A stretch of 64,000 bases of DNA from Actinomycetota bacterium. GTDB lineage: Bacteria; Actinomycetota; Acidimicrobiia; IMCC26256; JACPCJ01. The translations under genes were made by a program, and so were the position numbers. Shown in pieces: positions 31,207 through 41,234 of this stretch. The DNA lies in assembly GCA_016179865.1 (NCBI GenBank), contig JACPCJ010000114.1, forward strand, positions 23,108 through 87,107, in the 5' to 3' direction. The notes beneath the pieces are model-generated. The model was not told where the DNA came from. It saw nothing but the letters and a program-made list of their open reading frames with translations, and ran no database searches. Positions within the stretch are counted from its first letter, which is position 1, and the number at the start of each line of letters is the position of its first letter.

Positions 31207-31467
31207 ATGGTCGACCGGGTGAAGCTCGACGAAACCATTGAGGTCATCCGCCCCGCCCTCCAGGCCGACGGCGGCGACATCGAAATCGTGGACGTGAGCG
31301 AGGACGGCGTCGTGCGTGTGAGCCTGGCCGGGGCGTGCGGCACCTGTCCCATCTCGACGACGACCCTGAAGGCCGGCGTCGAGCGCATCCTGAAGGACCG
31401 GGTGCCCGGTGTCACCGAGGTCGTCGACGTCGCGGCCGAGGGGACGGCACTGTCCTTCGGCGCCTGA
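31207..31467 (+). CDS. NifU-like Fe-S cluster assembly domain protein
   Basis: IRPALQADGGDIEIVDV...LAGACGTCPISTTTLKAGVE. Confidence 0.88.
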   Translation: MVDRVKLDETIEVIRPALQADGGDIEIVDVSEDGVVRVSLAGACGTCPISTTTLKAGVERILKDRVPGVTEVVDVAAEGTALSFGA

Positions 31468-31482
31468 CGGTCGGGCGCGGCT

Positions 31483-32433
31483 GTGCCATCGTCCGATCGC
31501 AGCGATCTTGTCGCCCAGGCCCTCGATGGCGATCGGCGTGCCATCGCCAAGCTCATCTCGATGCTGGAGATGGGTGGGAACGGCGCCCATGAGATCGTCG
31601 CCCGCCTCTACCCCCGCACCGGCGCCGCCTACACGATCGGAATCACCGGCTCGCCCGGAGCCGGGAAGTCGACCCTGACCGACCGGCTGGTGACCCTGAT
31701 CCGGCAGGGTGGCGACGAAGTCGGGGTGCTCGCCGTCGACCCGTCGAGCCCCTTCAGCGGGGGCGCCATCCTGGGTGATCGGGTGCGCATGCAGGACCAC
31801 GCCACCGACGCCGGGGTGTTCATTCGTTCCATGGCCACCCGCGGCCACCTCGGCGGGCTCGCCCTGGCCACGCCGCAGGCCGTTCGGGTGCTGGACGCCG
31901 CCGGCAAGCCGTGGGTGATCATCGAGACCGTCGGCGTCGGCCAGGTCGAGGTCGAGGTCGCGGGTGCCGCCGACACGACAGTGGTCGTGGTCAACCCCGG
32001 CTGGGGCGACTCGGTCCAGGCCAACAAGGCCGGGCTCTTGGAGATCGCCGACGTCTTCGTGATCAACAAGGCCGACCGCGACGGGGCGGCGGAGACGCGG
32101 CGCGACCTCGAGATGATGCTGGAGATGACGAACTTCCCGGATGCCGATGACTGGCGGCCACCCATCGTCGACACCGTGGCGACCACCGGCGAGGGGGTCG
32201 GGGCGCTCTGGCGCGCAGTCGGCGACCACCGTGCCAGCCTCGAGGCGTCGGGGGAGCTGGACCGGCGCCGGCGGGCGCGGGTGCGACACGAACTCCATGA
32301 CATCGTGCTCCAGCGCCTCCACGAGCGGGCCTCCGAGATCTGCTCCGGCGAGAAGTTCGACACCGCCGCCAACGCCGTGCTCGCCCGCGAGGTCGACCCC
32401 TACGCCGCCGCCGACCGTCTCATGGGCTCCTAA
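31483..32433 (+). CDS. meaB: Methylmalonyl-CoA mutase-associated G-protein chaperone MeaB/ArgK
   Basis: P-loop GITGSPGAGKST, plus ETVGVGQ and INKADRD motifs. Confidence 0.92.
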   Translation: MPSSDRSDLVAQALDGDRRAIAKLISMLEMGGNGAHEIVARLYPRTGAAYTIGITGSPGAGKSTLTDRLVTLIRQGGDEVGVLAVDPSSPFSGGAILGDRVRMQDHATDAGVFIRSMATRGHLGGLALATPQAVRVLDAAGKPWVIIETVGVGQVEVEVAGAADTTVVVVNPGWGDSVQANKAGLLEIADVFVINKADRDGAAETRRDLEMMLEMTNFPDADDWRPPIVDTVATTGEGVGALWRAVGDHRASLEASGELDRRRRARVRHELHDIVLQRLHERASEICSGEKFDTAANAVLAREVDPYAAADRLMGS

Positions 32434-32477
32434 AGGTCATCCACCCCCGTCCCAACCCCGGTTCGTGACCGTTAGGA
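32428..32477. repeat. 50-nt palindromic element, family D copy 2 (ends TCCTAAAGGTCA / TGACCGTTAGGA)
   Basis: Same length and ends as 1359-1408. It contains the TAA stops of both convergent genes (meaB and the beta-propeller gene). Confidence 0.75.
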
Positions 32478-34508
32478 AGGGAGCGCGGCCCAGCCTTCCT
32501 CCTCGAAGGTGTCGAGGTCGCTCGCCATGACCCCGAGCATCGAGACCGTGAGCAGCCGGTCATCGATGACGAGGGCGCGTTCGACGGCCGAGTCACCGCA
32601 GCAGTCGAGGTTGGTGTCGTGGTGCTGTTGGCTGACGAACCCGACCTCGTCGACGGTGTTGCCAGAGGCGCGGAAGGCGGCGATCCCGAGGGAGCAGTCG
32701 GGTCCGACGTCAGACCCGAAGGCCTCCTCGGGGACGGGCTCTCCCCCGAAGATGACCGGGCCCTGACAGTTTTCGATCGGGATGACGGCGAGGTCGCGCG
32801 CCGCCCACCACAGGAAGGCCCGGTGATCGCTCTCCACGATGCTGTCCGCACCGGGGATGGTGGCGTTGTCGAGTCGACGGAGGTCGGCCAGGTCCGAGAT
32901 GTCGAAGAGCGACACCTGGGTGCCCGTCGTGAAACCCTCGTCCGTGGCGTCCTGGCCCACGCCGAGGAGGCGGTCGTCGCCCACCGGGTGCAGGTAGGCC
33001 GAGTATCCCGGGACCTTCAGCTCGCCCATGAGCCGGGGCGTCGTGGGATCGGACAGGTCGAGCGCGTACAGCGGATCGGTCTGGCGGAAGGTGACGACGA
33101 AGCCGACGTCGCCGAGGAAGCGGACGGCATGGATGGTCTCGCCCTTCCCCAGGCCGCCGAGGGAGCCGACGGCCACGAGCGAACTTCCCTCCGTCCGGAG
33201 CACGGTGAGGTAGCTCTCCGAGGAGGGCTCGCCGCCGGGTGCGGTCGCCCAGGGTGAACCATCGGTGGTGGCGACCCGCAGGTCCCCCTTGTGTTCCGAG
33301 AGCGACCACTGGCTGAGGAGCTGGCCCCGAACCCGGCCGGACGCCACATACGAGGTCCCATCGGGGCTCGAGATGTCGAAGGCGTGGATCTCCGTCGTCG
33401 AGGTGCTCGTCGAGCCGCCTCCCTCGGCCTCCCACTGGTTCGTGGCCACGAACAGGGTCTCGGTGGAGGCGTAGATGGTCTGGGCATCGGCGACCACGGC
33501 GTCGGTGTCGATGGGCGTCATTGAGCCGCCGGCGTCGATGGTGAGCACGGTGACCGTTCCCACCCCGGACGGCTCGGGCGGCCGCGACACGGCGTCGCAC
33601 GCGACGAGATCGGTGCCGGCTCCCCCTCCGTCGAGGCGCTGGGGGAGCCAGGCGTCGAGGGCGTTGGCCTCGGGGTCGCCCACGAGGGTGGGGCTCGAGC
33701 GAAGGACGAGCCGCACCACGCCCTCACTCAGCCGGGCGGTCACGTAGTCCCCCTCGAAGGTGGCTTGGTCGACCACGCGCGGGTGGGCGGGATCGGTCAG
33801 GTCGAAGGCGGTCACGACGGTGGTCGTGACCCCGGGAAGGGCGTAGTCGTAGACGGCGTCCGCCGTGCCGCCTTCGAAGGTGCCCGGCTCCTCCGGGTTC
33901 GGAACCTGCCACGACCGCGTGAGCACGATCGCCCGGTCCCCGTCGAGGAAGAGCTCCGAACCGCCCTCCGGGAGCTCGACGGAGCCGAGGAGCCGGATGG
34001 TGTCGGTGTCGACGACGAGCAGGTCGTCGTATCGAGCGATGACGATCTTCTTCCCGTCCGTCTTCACGAAGTCGGGTTCGTCGACGCCCGCTTCCTGGAT
34101 GTTGGTGGTCGAGAAGGCGGCCCCGCCCCCTTCAGAGGCCTGGGGCGCATCCAGGACCGGTAGGGCCGGTGCGGACTCGGCGACGCCCCCCTGGGCCGAG
34201 TCGGCGGAGATTCCCGCCGAGCCTCCTCCAGCTGCGCCCGGGACGGAGTCGACAACGGTGTCGCCACCTATGGGCACCGCGGGAAGGAACTCGGGATGGT
34301 CGGTGGCGTTGTCCTGGAAGTAGCGGAGCAGGTCTTCGCACGTGTCAAACGGCTTCAGGTCTGCGGCCAACTCGAGCCGCAGCTCGAGTTCCTCCGGAGC
34401 GTCACCCGGGACGGCGACTCGCCGCTCGACGGTTGGCCCGCAGGCCGTGGCGAACAGCGAAGCTCCGAAGAGGGGGATGGCGATGCGGCGGGTCCAGGTC
34501 GTGGGCAT
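32472..34508 (-). CDS. Secreted lipoprotein with C-terminal beta-propeller domain (COG4880 / Beta_propel-like)
   Basis: Lipobox LFATAC after MPTTWTRRIAIPLFGAS. FSTTNIQEAGVDEPDFVKTDGKKIVI is typical of the family. ATG 34508 preferred over TTG 34595. Confidence 0.82.
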   Translation of the reverse strand: MPTTWTRRIAIPLFGASLFATACGPTVERRVAVPGDAPEELELRLELAADLKPFDTCEDLLRYFQDNATDHPEFLPAVPIGGDTVVDSVPGAAGGGSAGISADSAQGGVAESAPALPVLDAPQASEGGGAAFSTTNIQEAGVDEPDFVKTDGKKIVIARYDDLLVVDTDTIRLLGSVELPEGGSELFLDGDRAIVLTRSWQVPNPEEPGTFEGGTADAVYDYALPGVTTTVVTAFDLTDPAHPRVVDQATFEGDYVTARLSEGVVRLVLRSSPTLVGDPEANALDAWLPQRLDGGGAGTDLVACDAVSRPPEPSGVGTVTVLTIDAGGSMTPIDTDAVVADAQTIYASTETLFVATNQWEAEGGGSTSTSTTEIHAFDISSPDGTSYVASGRVRGQLLSQWSLSEHKGDLRVATTDGSPWATAPGGEPSSESYLTVLRTEGSSLVAVGSLGGLGKGETIHAVRFLGDVGFVVTFRQTDPLYALDLSDPTTPRLMGELKVPGYSAYLHPVGDDRLLGVGQDATDEGFTTGTQVSLFDISDLADLRRLDNATIPGADSIVESDHRAFLWWAARDLAVIPIENCQGPVIFGGEPVPEEAFGSDVGPDCSLGIAAFRASGNTVDEVGFVSQQHHDTNLDCCGDSAVERALVIDDRLLTVSMLGVMASDLDTFEEEGWAALPS

Positions 34509-34774
34509 GGTGCGTGCTCCCGTGTCGGCGGTCACCCCCTCTGACGTCGACGAGCGCGGCCGAGTTCCCGGGGTAGCAACCGTCTGGGTTGTCAATAGTG
34601 AGCTTCGGGCGCGGCGATCAGGACGCCCTGTTGGGACGCGCCGAAGATGACTCTCCGTGAGACGCGAGGCGGCGGCTTCCCCGTGGTGCAGGCTGACGTA
34701 CGCGAGCTCGTCGTCGAATTACGGCTCAGGCAACCATGTGCGCACTCACTCGGTGGGAGGGGTCCGGCGTCTTG

Positions 34775-36228
34775 CTACTCGCGAAGTCCCGTAGGCCTCA
34801 TAGCGTCCACGACGTCGATCCGGGCCCCTGCCGCCGAGTCGGTCAGGTCACGGCGAGTTCGTGTCGGCGGCGGGTCGGTTACGTCGCTCTGGTGGGCCCG
34901 TCCGCGGGTCGTCGCCATGACGGACCGGCCCGCCGCCACCGAAGTCCTCCACCGCTTGGCGTCGTAGGGCTCCTGGCGGATCATCATGGCGAAGGCCAGC
35001 CGGTGAGCGCGGTGGCCCAAGGCGACCGCCGCCACCAATGGCGGCTTGTGGGTGGCGAGGAGACGGCGCCGGTAGGCGGCGAAGTCGGGGTCGTGGCCGG
35101 CCAGGCCCCGCCCGAGCTCGATGATGGCCCGGCGCAGCTCCACCGATCCTTCGCGACTGATGTGCTGGCCCCGTCGCGCCCGTCCCGCCGACTCATAGGA
35201 GGTGGGGACGAGCCCCGCCGCTCGGTAGGCGGCCGCCGCCGAGGGGAAACGGGTGGGATCACCGAGGCCGGCGCCGTAGTCGCCGGCCCGCACCACGGCC
35301 ACTCCCGGCAGGGAGACGAGCACTCCGGCAGGCGTGGCGGGCAGCACCTCGGCGAGGGCTTCCTCGGCGCGGGTGATCTCGGCGTCGAGGGCGTCGAGCA
35401 GGACAGCGTCCGCCACCAGGACCCGAGCCAGGCTCGCCCGCTCCCTGTCGGGCAGACGCAGCGCGACCCGAGCGGCCTCCTGCACCCGAGCCGCCTTGAG
35501 GCGAGTCATACGTACCCCTCGCCGAGCCACAAACCGCCGAGGCCCTCGGTGCCGAGGCGGCGGACGCGGTCGGGGTCGGCCAGGTGGGTGACGATGACCC
35601 GGCCCGACTTCGCCCCGAGCACGCCGTCGTAGCAGCCACCGAGGCCGGGGAAGACCAGGTCGAGGGTGGCTTGGACCTGGTTGCCCAGAGCGACGGCGGC
35701 GGCGACCTTGCGCCGGCGGTGCGCGGACCAGGCGGCCTGGGTGGCGAGTGCTTCGTCCCGGTGTTGCGGGGGTCGGCCCGCCCCCCGGATCAGCAGCTCG
35801 GCCATGGCGCCCAGATCCTTGGCGTCGCTCTTGAGGCCGCGCAGGAGTTGTTGGGAGCGGGCTTCCTTCACGGCGGCCGGGTTCAGCTCCACCACCTCGA
35901 GGCCGGCCGCACCCAGTCGGGCGACGAGGGTGCGGTGGTAATGCCCCGCCGACTCGACCCCGACCCGGCACACCAGGGCATCTCGGTGTCCCTCGGCCCG
36001 GGCGATCGCCACCGACAGCGCGGTGAAGCCGGTCTCGTCGAGGGCGAAGTCGAAGGGCTCGGCGACCATCTCGCCGTAGTGGTCGGCGATGAGCGCGCTG
36101 GCCGTCGCCTTGCCGACGTCGATCGGGACGACGAGGCATTGCTGGGGATCGATCCCCCGGACCCGTTGCATGAACTCTGCCTGGAGCTGACCACCGACGA
36201 AGACCACTGGGAACCTCTCGTGGAGCAA
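34775..36228 (-). mobile_element. IS110-family transposase gene, interrupted by a 1-nt frameshift near 35540-35545
   Basis: N-terminal DEDD domain (VVPIDVGK, VGVESAGHYH, KSDAKDLGAMAEL) sits in frame 35506-36228. C-terminal Transposase_20-like part (LVSLPGVAVVRAGDYGAGLGDPTRFPSAAAAYRAAGLVP) sits in frame 34775-35560. The junction reads GTEGL/RRFVARRGV if one C is restored. Element ends are not defined. Confidence 0.85.
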
Positions 36229-36282
36229 TAGGAGAACTCCACGCTGGGTGACGGTTCAGTCCGACTTGCGGACCCCCTCGCC

Positions 36283-36804
36283 TTGTATCAGCGTCCTGGC
36301 GCTGTGGAACCCGTGACGCCCGACCAGCTCGCCGACATCGAGGCCGTCAAGCGCCTGAAGTATCGGTACCTGCGCGGTCTCGACCAGAAGCTGTGGGACG
36401 AGATCGAGGACTGCTTCACGCTCGACGCCACGGCGTCGTACGGGGGCGGGGCGTACGAGTTCGAGGGACGGGAAGCCATCCTGGCCTTCCTGCGCGACTC
36501 CATGGGGTCGGAGGGCTTTCTATCGAGCCACCGGTGCGGCCACCCTGAGATCGACCTCACCGGCCCGTCGAGCGCCCGCGGGGTCTGGGCGCTGGACGAC
36601 ACGGTCATCCACACCGAGTTCCAGGTCGTGATCCGGGGCGCCGCCTTCTACGAAGACGAGTACGCCAAGGGCGACGACGGAGTCTGGCGCATCCGCCACA
36701 CCGGCTACCGGCGGTCGTACGAGACCATGGAACCGCTGCGCGACGACCTGAAGGTCACGGCGTCGTGGTGGGCCACCGACGGCCGCTCCACCCTGCTCGA
36801 CTGA
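36283..36804 (+). CDS. SnoaL-like / NTF2-fold protein
   Basis: DIEAVKRLKYRYLRGLDQKLWDEIEDCFTLDA is typical of SnoaL_4-type domains. Confidence 0.75.
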   Translation: MYQRPGAVEPVTPDQLADIEAVKRLKYRYLRGLDQKLWDEIEDCFTLDATASYGGGAYEFEGREAILAFLRDSMGSEGFLSSHRCGHPEIDLTGPSSARGVWALDDTVIHTEFQVVIRGAAFYEDEYAKGDDGVWRIRHTGYRRSYETMEPLRDDLKVTASWWATDGRSTLLD

Positions 36805-36848
36805 TCTCCCCACCGCTGATCCCTCGCTGATTCCCCGCTGATCCCTGG
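36801..36848. repeat. Four to five degenerate tandem ~12-nt units (CGCTGATYCCCY)
   Basis: ctgatctcccca / ccgctgatccct / cgctgattcccc / gctgatccctgg, directly preceding the palindrome. Confidence 0.6.
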
Positions 36849-36897
36849 CTGTTACCCGCGGTAACCGGCCGTCACGGCCGGTTACCGCGGGTAACAG
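36849..36897. terminator. Perfect 23-bp palindromic hairpin, 3-nt loop, between convergent genes
   Basis: ctgttacccgcggtaaccggccg tca cggccggttaccgcgggtaacag. Confidence 0.75.
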
Positions 36898-36901
36898 CGA
36901 G

Positions 36902-37789
36902 CTAGGGCCCGAGGTCGGCGCGGGCTGGGTTGATCACCTCGTCGGCGTAGCGGCAGAGGTTGTCGATCTTGTCTTGGAGCGGCTCGGTGTCTTCGCCCCG
37001 CACGTAGGGCCAGCGGAAGCCCACGATCACGTCGGTGACGCCCTGGTCGGCGAGGCGCCGGACGCCGTCGAGGGAGTAGGCGTCGAAGCTGTTGACGTGC
37101 ACCTCGAAGGGGTCGGCCGCCCGCCCCTCGCCATCCCGGATCTCCCAGAGCCGCTTCAAGAGCGACGGCAGCTCGCCGGGGTCGCCGCCACCGTGCATCC
37201 AGCCGTCCAGCCGGGCGGCGCGGGCGAGGGCGGCGTCGGAGTGGCCACCGACGAGGATGGGGACCGGTTCGCTCGGGATGGGCGCCATCTTGATGCTCGG
37301 GACGTCGAACACCTCGCCGCGGTGCTCGTGGAATCCGCCGCCGCACAGGCCCCGGATGATGGCGATGGCCTCGTCCATGCGCTGACCCCGCCCCGCCCAC
37401 GGCGTGCCGGTCACGGCGTAGTCCTCGGGCCACGGGCTGACGCCCACGCCGAGCGAGAACCGGTTCCCGGTGAGGACGGCCACCGACGCGGCCTGCTTGG
37501 CGACCAGCACCGGGTGGCGGACAGGGAGCTTGACGACGAAGGTCGTGAACCGGATGCGTTCGGTGACCGCGCCCATGGCGGCGCTCAGGGCGAAGGGGTC
37601 GAGAAACGGCTTGTCCTCCAGGAACTCGCGGCTCCCGTCGGGCGTGAACGGGTAGAGCGCCTCCGATTCCCGCGGATAGGCGATGGAGTCGGGGACGATG
37701 AAGGAGTCGAAGCCGGCGTCCTCGGTGGCGCGGGCGAGCGGCAGGTAGAAGGACGGGTCGATCATCGACTCCGCGTAGCTGAATCTCAT
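36902..37789 (-). CDS. LLM-class (luciferase-like) F420-dependent oxidoreductase
   Basis: MRFSYAESMIDP..., FDSFIVPDS, GNRFSLGVGVSPWPEDY, ILVGGHSDAALARAAR. ATG overlaps the upstream stop (ATGA). Confidence 0.85.
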   Translation of the reverse strand: MRFSYAESMIDPSFYLPLARATEDAGFDSFIVPDSIAYPRESEALYPFTPDGSREFLEDKPFLDPFALSAAMGAVTERIRFTTFVVKLPVRHPVLVAKQAASVAVLTGNRFSLGVGVSPWPEDYAVTGTPWAGRGQRMDEAIAIIRGLCGGGFHEHRGEVFDVPSIKMAPIPSEPVPILVGGHSDAALARAARLDGWMHGGGDPGELPSLLKRLWEIRDGEGRAADPFEVHVNSFDAYSLDGVRRLADQGVTDVIVGFRWPYVRGEDTEPLQDKIDNLCRYADEVINPARADLGP

Positions 37790-38256
37790 GCGCCTGTCCC
37801 CGGGGCGGCGTCGAACTCGCGCTTGCGGCCCTCCCACGTCTTCAGCATCTCGCCGAATTTCGCCGGGTTGTAGACGTCCTCCTCGTAGCTCCACTGGTTG
37901 TCGCCGGCGTACTTCAGGAGGGTGAAGTTGTAGGCGCCCACCACCTCTCCGTCGGGCAGGGCCCGCATGTTGTTCCACACGCACATGACGACCCAGCCCC
38001 GCTCCTCGTCGATCACGTACCACTCGACCGGGAAGGCGTCCATCTCGTTGCCGGGGTAGGTGGACATGGTCTCGGTGATCCACGCCCGGATCGCCTCGCG
38101 CCCCTTCATGTCGCCGTAGAGGTGCTCGATGTAGGTGGCGTCCTCGGTGAAGAGGTCGGCCCAGGGCCCCCAGTCGCCGGTCCGCCCCGCCTCGGCGGCC
38201 ACGGCCTGGTAGTGGGCGAAGGCCGCCTCGATCTCCTCACGCTGGAAGCTGCTCAT
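37786..38256 (-). CDS. NTF2/SnoaL-like family protein
   Basis: EEIEAAFAHYQAVAAEAGRTGDWGPWADLFTEDATYIEH. Strong RBS GGAGG 5 nt upstream of ATG 38256. Confidence 0.8.
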   Translation of the reverse strand: MSSFQREEIEAAFAHYQAVAAEAGRTGDWGPWADLFTEDATYIEHLYGDMKGREAIRAWITETMSTYPGNEMDAFPVEWYVIDEERGWVVMCVWNNMRALPDGEVVGAYNFTLLKYAGDNQWSYEEDVYNPAKFGEMLKTWEGRKREFDAAPGTGA

Positions 38257-38329
38257 GAAACCTCCGGTTCCGCGGTCGGAAGATCGTTGCACGCGCGAGA
38301 CGGTGTCGTTCCCTGGTAGAAGGGCGGGC

Positions 38330-39769
38330 GTGAGCCGTGCGATTGAGGCCGCCGACGTGGCCGCCGCCGTCGACGCCCGGGGTCCGTGGGCCCGGGGCGC
38401 CCTCGAGGCGCTGGTGCGGATCCCGTCGGTGAGCGCTGACGGTCACGACCCCGCCCGAGTCCGCGAGTCGGCCGACGCCACCGCGGCGCTGCTGATCGAG
38501 GCCGGGCTCGACGGGGTCCGCCTCCTCGAAGTGCCGGGAGCCCACCCCTACGTGTTCGGCGAGTGGGCGGGCGCCGGCCCCGATGCGCCGACCGTCCTGC
38601 TCTACGCCCACCACGACGTGCAGCCGGTGGCCACGCCGGAGCGCTGGGCGTCGCCGCCCTTCGAGCCCACCGAGCGCGACGGGCGGCTGTTCGGGCGGGG
38701 GAGCGCCGACGACAAGGCTGGCGTCCTGGTGCACGCCACCGCCGTGCGGGCGTGGGTCGACGCCCGGGGGTCGCTGCCCGTCAACGTGAAGGTGATCGTC
38801 GAGGGCGAGGAAGAGGTGGGCTCGCCGCACCTGGCGGAGTTCCTGGCCGTCCATGGCGAGACGCTGCGATCCGACGTCATCGTCCTCACCGACGTGGCGA
38901 ACTGGAAGGTGGGCTGGCCCGCCCTCACCTATTCCCTGCGGGGGATCGCTGTCGTCGACGTGACGGTGCGTTCGCTGCGCCAGCCCCTCCACTCGGGGAT
39001 GTTCGGTGGGCCGGTTCCCGACGCCCTCACCGGGCTGATCCGCCTGCTCGCCACCCTCCACGACGACGACGGGAAGCCCGCCGTCGACGGCTTCTTCGAG
39101 GGGGTGCGCACGCCGGGGGAGGAGGAGCGGGCCCGGATGGCGGAGCTGGCGTTCGACGTCGACGAGTTTCGGGCCGAGGCTCGGATGCTCGACGGGGTCG
39201 AGCTCATCGGCGACGACGGCGTGCCCGTGCTCGAGCGGCTGTGGATGTGGCCCACCATCAGCCCCGACGCCATCGATGCGCCGTCGATCGCCGACGCCGC
39301 GCCCCAGCTCCAGGCCCAGGCTCGCGCCCGGCTCTCGGTCCGGGTGGGGCCGGGCCAGGATCCCGAGTTCCTCCTCGACCGGTTGGCCGAGCACTTGCGG
39401 TCTCACGTTTCCTGGGGGCTCGACGTGTCGGTCGAGCGGGTCGTCGCCGTCCCTGGGTGGTTCACCGAGCCGGACGGGCCCGCCTTCGCCGCCGCCCAAG
39501 CGGCGATGGAGGCGGCGTTCGGGCGGCGCCCGGCCCTCATCGGCTGCGGGGCCACCATTCCCTTCGTGCGCCCGTTCGCCGACGCCTTCGGCGGCGCGCC
39601 GTGCCTGCTGACGGGGATCGAAGACCCGGCCACCAACGCCCACGGCGAGGACGAGTCACTCCACCTCGGCGACTTCGCAAAGGCCTGCTTGAGCGAGGCC
39701 TACCTCTTCGCCGAGCTGGCGGAACGGCTCAGCGGGGGATCCACGTCCCGCCGCGGCGGGCGTAGTTGA
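38330..39769 (+). CDS. M20 family metallopeptidase (dipeptidase-type)
   Basis: LLYAHHDVQP, GRGSADDKAG, VIVEGEEEVGSP. GTG 38330. Confidence 0.88.
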   Translation: MSRAIEAADVAAAVDARGPWARGALEALVRIPSVSADGHDPARVRESADATAALLIEAGLDGVRLLEVPGAHPYVFGEWAGAGPDAPTVLLYAHHDVQPVATPERWASPPFEPTERDGRLFGRGSADDKAGVLVHATAVRAWVDARGSLPVNVKVIVEGEEEVGSPHLAEFLAVHGETLRSDVIVLTDVANWKVGWPALTYSLRGIAVVDVTVRSLRQPLHSGMFGGPVPDALTGLIRLLATLHDDDGKPAVDGFFEGVRTPGEEERARMAELAFDVDEFRAEARMLDGVELIGDDGVPVLERLWMWPTISPDAIDAPSIADAAPQLQAQARARLSVRVGPGQDPEFLLDRLAEHLRSHVSWGLDVSVERVVAVPGWFTEPDGPAFAAAQAAMEAAFGRRPALIGCGATIPFVRPFADAFGGAPCLLTGIEDPATNAHGEDESLHLGDFAKACLSEAYLFAELAERLSGGSTSRRGGRS

Positions 39770-41234
39770 GCCAGACGTCGGCGGTCGAGGCGCCGGCGGC
39801 ACCGAGGGCGTCGTTGTCCACCGCGGTCGGCGGAACGGCGAACGCCGACCCGGCGAACTCGGCGGCGCAGGCGGCCGGCCCGCGAGCCCACGCGCCTTCC
39901 CGTGCCGTCACGTGCCACCCGCCCGACGTGTCGCGGCAGGCGTACGGGTGCGATTCGCCCGCCCCCGCGGACCGGAAGCGGCCGTCCACCTGGCGCACGG
40001 CCGCGTTCCCACGGGCCGGTTGGTCGGGCGCCCAGCTCCACACCAGCGCCGGGAGGCGGGGGTCGGCGGGGACGAGCTGGTCGAAGCCGAAGAGGTTGAC
40101 CCCGCAGCGCACCATGAGGGAGGTCTCGGCGACGGTGATCTCGCCCGGGCTGCCCTGACCGGTGGGCTCGACGGTGTGCGAGACCCAGGTGGAGTCCTCG
40201 TAGAAGCGGCGGAAGGTGTCGGGCGGACCGCCGTCGGCGCAGGCGAAGTCGTCGCCCACGTCGCTCTTGTCCTCGGCCCACGTGCCGGCGCCTTGATCGC
40301 GCTCGTGCACCCACGTCCCCCAGGCCCCGGCGACGTCGGTGTCGCAGTTGCCCACGATGAGGATCTGGGGGCTTCCAGGGGAGTCGAGGATCTGCCGCTC
40401 GCTGAGCGCCGTCGGCATGGGCGCGCAGGCCTGGCCGGCGGGCGGGCGGTAGACGCGGTCGCCCAGCGAGGCGGCGATGGCGGCCCCGGCGGTGTCGTGC
40501 GCCAAGGGGTCGTCCTCGAGGGCGTTCTCCAGGTACAGCAGCACGAACTCGCCCGGGTGGGCGTCCACCCACGCCGCCAGCTCGTCGAGGCGGTGGGACA
40601 GGGTTTGCTCGGCGGTGCACCCGATGTGGACGTGGATCGGGCCGATGCCCTGGTCTTGCGCGTGGCAGGTGACGGGGGCCTTGAACCCGGTGGCGGCCGT
40701 GCCCTCCGGGCTCGGGAACCAGTGGACGTCGACTTCGAGGCCCCGCATGTCCATGCGCAGCTGGTCGGTCAGGCTCGCCACCTGGTTGTGGTCGAGGCCG
40801 GAGAGGGTCGGCGGCTGCGTGGCCGTGTTGAACGAGTTGTGCGTGGCGGGGACGAGGGCGTAGCGGAGGGCCGTCGTGTCGTCGAGACGGGCCTGGAGGG
40901 CCAACGCCTGGTGGGTCCACGACGCCTCGTAGGCAGCCATGGCCTCTTCGGAATAGACGCGACCGTCGATGGTTGAGCAGGCGGCCTCGGGCGTGTCGGC
41001 GCCGAGGGATCGGGTGAAGCGGCAGACCTGGGCGAGGTCGCGGGCGAGCTGTTCGACGCCCCGGCACGTCCCGCCGCCGATCATGGGGACGGCGCCGATG
41101 GTGTCCTCGCATGCCTCGACGACGTCGGAGCCCGAAGGCGGGGCATCGGCCTTGGCCGGCGTCGAAACTCCGGGCACGATGGCGGCGGCCAGCCCGACGG
41201 CCGCCATCGCGCGCCGGATCGCCGTGGTGTTCAT
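39729..41234 (-). CDS. Secreted PLC-like phosphodiesterase (PI-PLC X-domain-like) with Cys-containing C-terminal domain
   Basis: Signal peptide MNTTAIRRAMAAVGLAAAIVPGVSTPAKA. ATHNSFN...LTDQLRMDMRGLEVDVH resembles the PI-PLC catalytic TIM barrel. Confidence 0.7.
   Translation of the reverse strand: MNTTAIRRAMAAVGLAAAIVPGVSTPAKADAPPSGSDVVEACEDTIGAVPMIGGGTCRGVEQLARDLAQVCRFTRSLGADTPEAACSTIDGRVYSEEAMAAYEASWTHQALALQARLDDTTALRYALVPATHNSFNTATQPPTLSGLDHNQVASLTDQLRMDMRGLEVDVHWFPSPEGTAATGFKAPVTCHAQDQGIGPIHVHIGCTAEQTLSHRLDELAAWVDAHPGEFVLLYLENALEDDPLAHDTAGAAIAASLGDRVYRPPAGQACAPMPTALSERQILDSPGSPQILIVGNCDTDVAGAWGTWVHERDQGAGTWAEDKSDVGDDFACADGGPPDTFRRFYEDSTWVSHTVEPTGQGSPGEITVAETSLMVRCGVNLFGFDQLVPADPRLPALVWSWAPDQPARGNAAVRQVDGRFRSAGAGESHPYACRDTSGGWHVTAREGAWARGPAACAAEFAGSAFAVPPTAVDNDALGAAGASTADVWLNYARRGGTWIPR

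Noticed and set aside
39729-39769. 41-nt convergent overlap of the M20 peptidase and PLC-like genes as a possible regulatory feature
   Set aside because: The M20 C-terminal tail (…SGGSTSRRGGRS) is non-conserved and may simply run on until the first stop. The evidence for function is insufficient.
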